Positions 56,001 through 63,021 of a stretch of 64,000 nucleotides of DNA are shown piece after piece. The position numbers were made by a program, and so were the translations under genes. The DNA is from Pseudomonadota bacterium (GTDB lineage: Bacteria > Pseudomonadota > Alphaproteobacteria > UBA2136 > JAPKEQ01). Position 1 is the first letter of the stretch. Each line of letters starts with the position of its first letter. The stretch lies in the NCBI GenBank assembly GCA_036141575.1, contig JAYZXF010000017.1, positions 78,077 to 142,076 on the forward strand. Direction: 5' to 3'. The notes below the pieces were generated by a model. That model was not told the DNA's origin and made no database searches. It worked only from the letters and a program-made list of their open reading frames with translations.

Positions 56001-57291
56001 TTTGATTACGACAGGTGACTTTGGTGGCGGTGCAGCACTGACATCTTTGAATGTGGGCACAGCCAATGCCGACCTACAAGAAGTGACAACAACGGGCGGC
56101 ATTACAGTTTCTGGTATTACAACATATAACGATGACCTTAACGCTGGCGGCGCATTAAATCTATCAGGTACAGGTACGCTTGCTGCTGATACAGTCTTCC
56201 AAAGTACGGGCGGCGGTATTGTAACGCTTGGCGGCACTCTTAATGGTGCCCAAAACCTAACGGTTACAACAGGTGGGCTTTTAAATCAGGGCGCAACAAT
56301 TGGGGGCGGTACACGCCTTACAAGCCTTACTTTAAATGGAGCAAACACACAGCTTACCGGTGATATCTACACAGCGAATGCTCTCAGCTTTGGCCTGAAT
56401 ACCAACCTTGGTGCACGTGTGGACTCTCTAGATACGGTCATATTTAACAACGCCCTAACGCTTGCGGGTGCAAGTACTGTTGTAGGAGCTAATGGTATTA
56501 CCTTTAACGATACCGTTAATGGGGCACAAGATCTAACTGTAGAAAGTTCAGCAGGTGACATTAGCTTTGCAGGTAATGTGGGGAATAGTTCTGCCCTGAA
56601 TACGCTGACAATTACAGATACAGGCAACCTTACATTTGGTGCCGATGTGACCCTTGCAGCGCTTGACCAGCAAGCTGGCCGTGCAACAACAAGCCTTGGC
56701 TCTAACTTTAACAGTACTGGTAACGTAGATATTCTTGGTGTGAATATTAATGGTGATATTCTCAGCGCTGGGGATGTGATGTTTAATGTAACAGGGAGCG
56801 TCACAGGTCAATTGTTTGCAAACAGCTTTGCACTCCAAGCAGAAAACAGTGACCAAACCGGTGAAGTGAATAGTATTGGCGGCTTGGATGCTCTAAAAGA
56901 GATTCAGTTTACGCAGTTTGGTGCAGGCCCACACTTGTTTAACGGCTTTATTCTACCGTATGAAACCATTATTCAAGCCACATCTACTGGATATGAAACA
57001 ACGCAAATTAACCGTGCGGGTCGCTCGCTATCTGGTGGCTTTGTAAGAACCATTTCAGATCTACCAGATCTTGAGATTCTTAAGAGTGCAGGGCGTGCAC
57101 GTGTAAGCCGCATTGCGCCAACAGATGCCAGCTTTGCTAAACTTGCTCTAGGTTCAGATAATAGCCTCGTTGTGAACCCTTTCCTTATGGACTTTAGAAG
57201 TGTGGATATTGAACCTGGCACAGAGCTCTTCTATAACCCATACCCATACCTAGAAAAGAGCGTGTGGAACTGGCTCTCTTACAGAGACTAA
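53017..57291 (+). CDS. large exoprotein of a two-partner secretion system (TpsA, filamentous-haemagglutinin-like) with an internal laminin-G/ConA-like domain
   Basis: N-terminal TPS domain ('INWQDFSIG', 'LNRVIG', 'LYLVNPNGVIFGAGSRVDAAGLLVTT'), long Gly/Thr/Asn beta-helical repeats, and a LamG-like segment 'RIILIAF..GADVTSQQYLYEQGG...GMYIEAGQLVVAGW'. Confidence 0.85.
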   Translation: MLKMLRESKSLTARYIRGLLSAVLTFSPVLSYAGPTGAAVQSGNIIISQPDAASTLIQQGTHKGIINWQDFSIGAGESVQFQVPSAQAKTLNRVIGHNVSDIQGALSSNGQLYLVNPNGVIFGAGSRVDAAGLLVTTSNVSDEDFLNNFLNLQEASEGSAIVNNGDISIKDGGFALLVAPQVVNNGTIIARFGKVGIGAGSKGTIDLYGDGLIQFEPSSDVANLVNNGVIRGGYVELTAADVDALLKGVVRVNGFVSADHVVIEGGENSIVRLNGSVIAQREAEQIGGRVDVLGDLVSLLENTDIDVSGELGGGQVHVGGDYQGKGTLKTATTTYMTAGAEIDASAIRMGDGGKVILWADGTTHFAGDIVATGGSDGGDGGFVETSGKGQLAYRGAVDVTAENGDIGSLLLDPENITISSDPFTPTDLAGGVYWFDPSAVGGVNTTGSNVTQINDLIPGVGGSNNATQGSAALQAELVAAGLNGRDALDFDGADGYDMANNASINTSGSTDRIILIAFRTGADVTSQQYLYEQGGGSNGYGMYIEAGQLVVAGWRNSSGSWNNYATTAVTPNTTYVAGLNLDNNTMSAWVNGDKFQTYNNTNGQNAHSGGIDLGRNGDTRDASGSLGACCNFLGQIGEVIQYNTAATDAEMQEVSQYLALQWGATLDSPGTDYTISLENLEAQLAGANITLQAEDNITIDDIADDSLDLAMDGTGSFTLIADNDADGVGTISMDASDAIVTQGGDITMTGAVIDVNNITSNGGDVTLSATAALTADVINAGAGNIALTADSNNDSAAVALTTSDLTADGITLTGGSDNDDILNLSGTISSGAGGLSLNNFASGDLDNATIDTNGQAFNSAINFTLSGAGVSTIQTGGGDITHSGTFDGTEGLILNAGAGNIDLSGAAGGGTALTSLTATGSTIQLDDVTTVWHQNYTGATTTNGDLAATGAGNVRFVNNVTLGADTNITTNTGDIDFGGTVDGGQALVLNSTSGDLITTGDFGGGAALTSLNVGTANADLQEVTTTGGITVSGITTYNDDLNAGGALNLSGTGTLAADTVFQSTGGGIVTLGGTLNGAQNLTVTTGGLLNQGATIGGGTRLTSLTLNGANTQLTGDIYTANALSFGLNTNLGARVDSLDTVIFNNALTLAGASTVVGANGITFNDTVNGAQDLTVESSAGDISFAGNVGNSSALNTLTITDTGNLTFGADVTLAALDQQAGRATTSLGSNFNSTGNVDILGVNINGDILSAGDVMFNVTGSVTGQLFANSFALQAENSDQTGEVNSIGGLDALKEIQFTQFGAGPHLFNGFILPYETIIQATSTGYETTQINRAGRSLSGGFVRTISDLPDLEILKSAGRARVSRIAPTDASFAKLALGSDNSLVVNPFLMDFRSVDIEPGTELFYNPYPYLEKSVWNWLSYRD

Positions 57292-57302
57292 GTACAGAAC
57301 AT

Positions 57303-57336
57303 GCGAAAGCCACCCCGAAGGGTGGCTTTCTTTTTA
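57303..57336. terminator. bidirectional terminator 'aaagccaccccgaagggtggctttcttttt' (28 nt identical to 10221-10248)
   Basis: Perfect stem with a GAAG loop. Between TpsA and the convergent GC-rich gene. Confidence 0.75.
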
Positions 57337-57342
57337 TATCGC

Positions 57343-58062
57343 TTACGCCGCCTGAGCGTGCATGCTGTCGAAGTGTTCTTTGCGCAGATATTCCAGCAGC
57401 GGCCCGAAGACGTGGTCTCCATAGGTCGTGCGGTTCTCTGAGTTGGAACGGACGGCATCGTGCACCAGATGGCAAGCTTCCAGGCGTGCTTGGACGTGAG
57501 GCTTGCGATCTTTGGCGTTGTAGATGCACTCATCATCAGAGCTCAACTGTTGTGTGTAACGGCTGTAAGCCGTCATCACGAAGTTGAAGCGCTGACGCAT
57601 CATGTACGACATCATGGGGTTGGCCAGATGCACCATGGCATCAGCAACCCAGTCGGCGAACATGAAGGGAATGGTGTGGTCGTTGCGGCTGATCAGGTTC
57701 TCGTACTTGTCGAGGTGTGCGGCCATGGCGGCATCAACGCGTTTCTGTTCAGCAAGCAAGCGCGCCCGACGGGTGTCTTCATTCTCTTGCATGTCATCTG
57801 CAATTTGTGCGCAGATAGCATTGGAGAGGGGAGACGGGGTTGGCACCACAGTGGGCATCGACAGCCGGCGCAGTGCGGCCATGATTTGGCGTTTGGTATT
57901 ATCCGGAACGCTCATGGCGTTATAGAACACTTCAACACCGTAGTAGGTGAAGGTTGCGGTGTTCTCCGGCAACTGCGTAACAGCCTGTTTGGCTTCCTCC
58001 AGAAGTTCATCCAGAGCGCGCTGAGTTTGGCCGTAGCCAGACCAAAGTTTCATGAGAGCCAT
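57343..58062 (-). CDS. hypothetical protein encoded by a GC-rich gene
   Basis: 239-aa ORF. GC is visibly about 55%, above surrounding genes. Confidence 0.5.
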   Translation of the reverse strand: MALMKLWSGYGQTQRALDELLEEAKQAVTQLPENTATFTYYGVEVFYNAMSVPDNTKRQIMAALRRLSMPTVVPTPSPLSNAICAQIADDMQENEDTRRARLLAEQKRVDAAMAAHLDKYENLISRNDHTIPFMFADWVADAMVHLANPMMSYMMRQRFNFVMTAYSRYTQQLSSDDECIYNAKDRKPHVQARLEACHLVHDAVRSNSENRTTYGDHVFGPLLEYLRKEHFDSMHAQAA

Positions 58063-58154
58063 AGCGGCCTCCTGTGTCTAAAGTGAAGTTAAAGATAGTT
58101 CTAGTGAATAAATTATGGTGATGGTGAGGTGTTTATTCAAGATGTGTTGTTTTT

Positions 58155-58565
58155 TTACTCTTCACTTTCATTCCACCATTTTTCAAATTTAAAATTTGTA
58201 AAATGGTGGACCCCGTGAAGTAAGTCTTGGTGCGCAAGTTTTTAAGTATTTTAGGTCTGCTTACATCCCTAAAATAGCTCTTGTGCACCGCCGTAGCGTC
58301 TGAACGCTACGGCTCGCTTTTTCAGCTCGCGAAGTACTAGGAGATAACAGAGATATTGGCCTGATAGAGTGTGAGGCGAATAGCCGAGCCAAAACCTTAA
58401 GAGGTTTTGAGCGGTTTGAAGCAGTTAAAAATAAGACAGAGGATTATTTTTACTATAAATGCTTTAAACCAAGACTGTACTTTGCGGGCTATCGTCTTTT
58501 TGAAGTAGTGAAACGAATGAAAAAAGCGAGAGCGTAAAGCAAAGAGAGAAAAAGAGAGTCTAGGA
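58155..58565. repeat. full-length intergenic repeat element (module A hairpin 58160-58220 plus module B 58357-58555)
   Basis: Long hairpin 'cttcac tttcatt ccaccattttt caaatttaaaatttg taaaatggtgg acccc gtgaag'. Module B is near-identical to 20160-20345. Confidence 0.8.
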
Positions 58566-58596
58566 AGCGCCAAGGTGCAGGCTTGATCTCCAACAT

Positions 58597-58633
58597 ATAA
58601 AAAAGCCACGCAATTGGCGTGGCTTTTTCTGGG
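58597..58633. terminator. terminator 'aaaaaagccacgcaattggcgtggctttttc' downstream of the helicase gene
   Basis: Perfect 9-bp stem, an A-run and a T-run. Confidence 0.7.
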
Positions 58634-58645
58634 GTTTAGGAACCG

Positions 58646-60676
58646 TTAGTTAAACACAGCAGTTGGGCCTTTGGCACCTGTGCCGCCTTTAAAACGTGCT
58701 TTTTTGAAAGCTGCGTTTGAGCCAGCGCCTTTGCTACCTTTAAAGCTACCGCCTTTGCCCTTAAATGGCTTGTTGCCAGCAGATGAACGATCATCGCCAT
58801 CACGCTTATTGAAGCCACCGCTCATGCGCTTACCAGCTGGTGTACCGCGTCCGCGTGTACCGTAAGTGCGTGCGCCATCATCCTTTTTGAATGGGCTCTT
58901 TTTACGTGTTGAGTCTGTTTGCGTCATGCGCTTCTTCTGCTTGTCGTGCATTTTAGCTGGTGCGCGAGACTCACTGCGATCTTCTCCGAAAGAACGGTTA
59001 CCATCGCGGTCGCCGAAGCTGCGCTTCTTGTCGCCGTAAGAGCGGTTACCATCGCGGTCGCCAAAGCTGCGCTTCTTATCGCCGAAAGAGCGGTTACCAT
59101 CGCGGTCGCCAAAGCTGCGCTTCTTGTCGCCGAATGAACGGTTGCCATCACGGTCACCAAAGCTGCGCTTCTTGTCGCCGAATGAACGGTTGCCATCGCG
59201 TTCGCCAAAGCTACGCTTCTTGTCACCGTATGAACGGTTGCCATCACGGTCACCAAAGCTGCGCTTCTTGTCACCGTAAGAGCGGTTGCCATCGCGGTCA
59301 CCAAAGCTACGCTTCTTATCACCGAAGTCGCGCTTGTTACCAAACTCACGCTTGTCGCCAAAGTCGCGCTTTTCAAATGAACGCTCACCATCTTTACGGA
59401 AGCTCTTACGCTCGCCGTCTTTTTTGAATGAACGTCTGTCATCTCTATCGCCGAAGCTACGCTTCTTATCGCCGTATGAATCACGGTTACCATCTTTAGC
59501 GCCGTAGCCGCCTTTGCGGTGTGATTTTGCCTTACGATCTTGGAATGTACGCTCTTTGCGAGGCTTAGATGTTGGTGCGTTAGATGTTTCACCACCCCAT
59601 ACAAGGCGTTCAATTGCTTTCCACTTGCCGTTTTCTTTCTTGGTAATGTACGCCAGAGCGTGACCCGTAGCACCGGCACGTGCTGTACGGCCAATACGGT
59701 GGATGTAATCTTCTGGGCATTGTGGAAGGTCATAGTTAATCACGTGCTGAATGTGAGGAATATCAAGACCACGTGCCGCAACGTCTGTTGCCACAAGGAT
59801 TTGGTATTTCTCTTTTCTGAATGCATCTGTTACGCGCTCACGTTTGTTGTGACGAAGGTCACCGTGGATTGCAGCTGCTTTAAAGCCTTCTTTCTTCAGC
59901 TTATCAGCCATGCGCTCAGTGCCGTACTTTGTCTTTACGAACATGATGATTGAGCCTTCACGGCCTGAGAGTTCACCAAGCAGGTCGTCGTACTTCTCAG
60001 CATCAGTCACGCGTTTTGTTTGGTGATCAATGTTTTCAGCAGGCTTTGTTGTTGCGCCAATGGCAATACGCTCAGGGTTGTTGAGGTAGTTCTTCGCAAG
60101 AGACATGATGTTCTTTGGAAGTGTTGCACTAAATAGAAGCGTTTGGCGCTCGGCTGGCATGTGGCTCACAATTTCTTCAATCTGAATGCTGAAGCCCATG
60201 TCGAGCATGCGGTCTGTTTCATCAAGAACCAGGAAGTGGCAGTTGTTAAGCTTGAGGCTGCGACGGTTCAGGTGGTCGTTAATACGGCCTGGTGTACCAA
60301 CAATAATACGTGGACGGAATGAAAGGCTTTTCAGCTGTTTGTGCATAGAGTCACCACCAATAAGTAGGCATGTGTTAATGCCAGAGCGGTGAGGGAGGAA
60401 GCCTTTAATGTTGTCTTGTACCTGCGCGGCAAGTTCACGTGTTGGTGTCACAACAATAGCTGTGTCTTCTTCGTTTTCAAGGAGGTGGTTCACCATCGGA
60501 ATACCGAAAGCACCTGTTTTACCCGTACCTGTTTGGGCAGAACCAAGGATATCGCGACCTTGCATCGCGAAAGGAATTGTTTTTTCTTGAATTGGAGTTG
60601 GAGATTCAAAACCCAGTTTTGTTAGGGCATGAGTCAAATCTTCAGAAAGCCCAAGTTGGGCGAATGTTTGCGTCAT
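58646..60676 (-). CDS. DEAD-box ATP-dependent RNA helicase (RhlE/DeaD-like) with a long repetitive RG/D-rich C-terminal tail
   Basis: Q-motif 'FESPTPIQ', motif I 'AQTGTGKT', 'DEAD' context 'LVLDETDRMLDMGF', motifs 'SAT' and 'ARGLD'. About ten tandem 'KRSFGDRDGNRS(F/Y)GD' repeats. Confidence 0.9.
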   Translation of the reverse strand: MTQTFAQLGLSEDLTHALTKLGFESPTPIQEKTIPFAMQGRDILGSAQTGTGKTGAFGIPMVNHLLENEEDTAIVVTPTRELAAQVQDNIKGFLPHRSGINTCLLIGGDSMHKQLKSLSFRPRIIVGTPGRINDHLNRRSLKLNNCHFLVLDETDRMLDMGFSIQIEEIVSHMPAERQTLLFSATLPKNIMSLAKNYLNNPERIAIGATTKPAENIDHQTKRVTDAEKYDDLLGELSGREGSIIMFVKTKYGTERMADKLKKEGFKAAAIHGDLRHNKRERVTDAFRKEKYQILVATDVAARGLDIPHIQHVINYDLPQCPEDYIHRIGRTARAGATGHALAYITKKENGKWKAIERLVWGGETSNAPTSKPRKERTFQDRKAKSHRKGGYGAKDGNRDSYGDKKRSFGDRDDRRSFKKDGERKSFRKDGERSFEKRDFGDKREFGNKRDFGDKKRSFGDRDGNRSYGDKKRSFGDRDGNRSYGDKKRSFGERDGNRSFGDKKRSFGDRDGNRSFGDKKRSFGDRDGNRSFGDKKRSFGDRDGNRSYGDKKRSFGDRDGNRSFGEDRSESRAPAKMHDKQKKRMTQTDSTRKKSPFKKDDGARTYGTRGRGTPAGKRMSGGFNKRDGDDRSSAGNKPFKGKGGSFKGSKGAGSNAAFKKARFKGGTGAKGPTAVFN
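58975..59335. repeat. 45-bp tandem DNA repeat (about 8 units) inside the helicase 3' region, encoding the 15-aa repeat
   Basis: Unit 'gtcgccgaa(a/t)ga(g/a)cggtt(a/g)ccatc(g/a)cggtc(g/a)cc(g/a)aagctgcgcttctt' repeats head-to-tail. Confidence 0.8.
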
Positions 60677-60869
60677 ATCAATTTTCTTTCATGTGCGGCA
60701 GGATGTCTCCCTGCGGCATGTCTCAGTTTTGGGGTATGCGACCGAGAGCGAAAACGATTTTTATTAAGACGCAAGCGGTGGCATCAGTGGCATCTATTGC
60801 CGACTGGAATTATTTTTTGTTGAAGAAGGCGGGGGCACTTGCTCCCGCCTTTTCACAAAGGGAAACGAA

Positions 60870-61076
60870 TTAGTTTACCTGTAGGTTTGTCGCAGAAGTT
60901 TTGCCGCGACTCTCTTCAAGTTCAAATGATACTTTTTGACCATCTTCTAGAGTTTTCAGGCCAGCTTTTTCTAGAGCTGTAATGTGCACAAACACATCGT
61001 TGCCGCCGTCTTCAGGTTGAATGAAGCCGTAGCCTTTAGTTGTGTTAAACCATTTTACTGTGCCAGTTGTAGACAT
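60870..61076 (-). CDS. cold-shock protein, CspA family
   Basis: '[27 protein letters not shown]' RNP motifs. 68 aa. Confidence 0.9.
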   Translation of the reverse strand: MSTTGTVKWFNTTKGYGFIQPEDGGNDVFVHITALEKAGLKTLEDGQKVSFELEESRGKTSATNLQVN

Positions 61077-61261
61077 TATCTTAGTACTTTCTTTGCAGGA
61101 GAGGTATTTTCCTGCGGATCTTTAATTGATGAGTCTATTCTTGATCTTTTGGATTACCTTTACCCTGAGATCATTTTCCTAAAATAGGAGCCTGAAAAAA
61201 CTCTACTGACTCTGTGTATAGGCTATGTTGAATACAATTACAAGGGAGGAATGAAAATTAA

Positions 61262-61657
61262 TTATTCGCCCATGACAGAACTAATGAGTTCTACAACGCC
61301 AACAACGCCAAGCATATGGCCGTGTTCCGTTACAACAGGTAGGTGACGAATTTTATTTTTAGACATCAGAAGAAGAGCTTCTTGTGCGTCCGTTAAAGGC
61401 GGGGCAACAATCAAACTCTCTGTCATAATTTCATGAATGGAGATTTCGGCAGCTTCTTTACCAAACTTACCTACGGCTTTTACAATGTCGCTTTCGCTGA
61501 CCATGCCAACTAGGTCGCCGTTGTTTTCAGTTACAAGAATAGCCTTACGCTTCGTGTCCAGAAGTTTGTCGATAATATCGCTGAGCTTCTTATGCTCATT
61601 AATGGTCATCAGGCCCAGATTTTGTTTTTGGAGGACCTGGTCGAGAGTTGTACTCAT
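61262..61657 (-). CDS. CBS-domain pair protein
   Basis: Two CBS-like segments ('AILVTENNGDLVGMVSESDIV' and 'HLPVVTEHGHMLGVVGVVELI'). Confidence 0.7.
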   Translation of the reverse strand: MSTTLDQVLQKQNLGLMTINEHKKLSDIIDKLLDTKRKAILVTENNGDLVGMVSESDIVKAVGKFGKEAAEISIHEIMTESLIVAPPLTDAQEALLLMSKNKIRHLPVVTEHGHMLGVVGVVELISSVMGE

Positions 61658-61665
61658 TGACGCGT

Positions 61666-61971
61666 TTACCTTTCTGCGCTTTTTACTTCGAGGGCATCAG
61701 CCATTCTTGTTATATCAGAAAATGAAATTTGTTTAACGCTGTCGTCGGCACGCTTTTCAATGTAGCCAATACCACGGCGGAAAATATCTTCTTTAAATTC
61801 TTTTAAAAGGGCGTCGCTTTTGCATTCAAACTGCATAATCCACCCGAATGGATTTTTATTACATTCTTCAAACCATGTACGAACAGGTGCATCAAAGCCA
61901 TGTTTGAACTCAACTTGAATAGTTTCAGTTCTTTCAACACGTTTGAGACGATTCCTGAAAACAGCTTCCAT
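61666..61971 (-). CDS. hypothetical protein
   Basis: 101-aa ORF, 8 nt upstream of the CBS gene. Confidence 0.4.
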   Translation of the reverse strand: MEAVFRNRLKRVERTETIQVEFKHGFDAPVRTWFEECNKNPFGWIMQFECKSDALLKEFKEDIFRRGIGYIEKRADDSVKQISFSDITRMADALEVKSAER

Positions 61972-62151
61972 GCTTCGTTTTCGACCTTATTTAATTGAAT
62001 ACTCTGAAAGTGTAGCATCCCCTGACGGCATGACAATCTTTCCATATATATTTATGGGGGTAGAGAGTAATGAAAAACTCACGGTGTGTGTTATGTATGC
62101 AAAAAGCCCCTCGTTAGAGGAGCTTAATGCATTTTCGATTCCTGACAGGCT

Positions 62152-62868
62152 TTATTTGTTGCCAATCAGGCAGAGAAGCAAGATGAACTTGAAAGCATCA
62201 CTTTCAAAAACGCTGTCATCAATAGCGCCAATGATACCTGCGCCTGCAACGCATTCTTTCTGCTTGTCTGTCAGATTATTCCAACGCCCATAGTTGCCAC
62301 CTCGCTGTCTGCGATCGTAGCGACGGTCATAGCCAAGTTCACGAACTTCACCATTGCTGCAGTTGGTGGTATTGATCCGGCAGCTGGTGCGCACCTCATA
62401 GAGGTTGCCATTGCGACGGGCAAACTTGACCCACGCAGACTCACGGTTTCCGCGAATCCTATAATTGCGTTGGCTGATATAGCGGTCATCTGTATTGATG
62501 GGCTTGCGGGCCACGGTGCCGTTGCCAGTGTATGGCGTGGGCTCAGGTACAGATGTTGCGCCGCGAAGCTCTACCACGGTATTTTTGGCCGAACAGCGGC
62601 GGGGTTGGTCTAGTTGGCACCATGTGTAACGCTTGTAGCGAGACCCATTGGGACGCTCCCAAACAATATGCGCTGTTTCGTAGCGTTTGCCGTCTGTGGA
62701 GCTTCTGAACGTGCGATACCCTTCTTGCCGAATCAATTGGTGATTGGAATGAAGGCGCCAGTTGTAGATGCCGTTGTTGCCGATATTGGCGGCAGCACTT
62801 GTTGCAATGAATGCGGTTGCCAGGCTTGCAAGCACTGTGAGTGTTCTCAAAAAGCGCATGAAATGCAC
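62152..62868 (-). CDS. hypothetical secreted Arg/Asn-rich protein
   Basis: Signal peptide 'LRTLTVLASLATAFIATSAAA' plus multiple Cys. Confidence 0.5.
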   Translation of the reverse strand: MHFMRFLRTLTVLASLATAFIATSAAANIGNNGIYNWRLHSNHQLIRQEGYRTFRSSTDGKRYETAHIVWERPNGSRYKRYTWCQLDQPRRCSAKNTVVELRGATSVPEPTPYTGNGTVARKPINTDDRYISQRNYRIRGNRESAWVKFARRNGNLYEVRTSCRINTTNCSNGEVRELGYDRRYDRRQRGGNYGRWNNLTDKQKECVAGAGIIGAIDDSVFESDAFKFILLLCLIGNK

Positions 62869-63021
62869 TCCTTTGTCTGAAAAATGAAAGAAGAGATAGG
62901 TGTATTTAAGAGTGTTATAGGCCTGAATACTCTTTTTTGCAAGGGCTTCGCAGATTGTGTGCCTATCTTCATCATAGGGTTACCTCAACCATATAGATGT
63001 AAGAAGATAGGGAGAATACAT

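Noticed and set aside
53352-57529. Numerous minus-strand ORFs inside the TpsA gene (for example 55089-55598, 55821-56237, 56367-56804) and after it (57194-57529, 57288-57536)
   Set aside because: These are antisense shadows of a repetitive Gly/Thr/Asn-rich beta-helical gene. The last two overlap the terminator and the start of the GC-rich gene on inconsistent frames.
58975-59335. Tandem repeat considered as a possible CRISPR array
   Set aside because: Units are contiguous with no spacers, lie in-frame within a coding sequence, and there are no cas genes. It is a coding minisatellite, not a CRISPR.
58919-59733. Alternative-frame ORFs across the helicase repeat region: 58924-59733(-) 269 aa, plus-strand 58960-59427 and 59286-59507
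   Set aside because: These are frame-shifted readings of the 45-bp tandem repeat inside a well-supported DEAD-box helicase gene. Their repetitive Ser/Ala/Thr or Arg/His composition is an artefact of the repeat.
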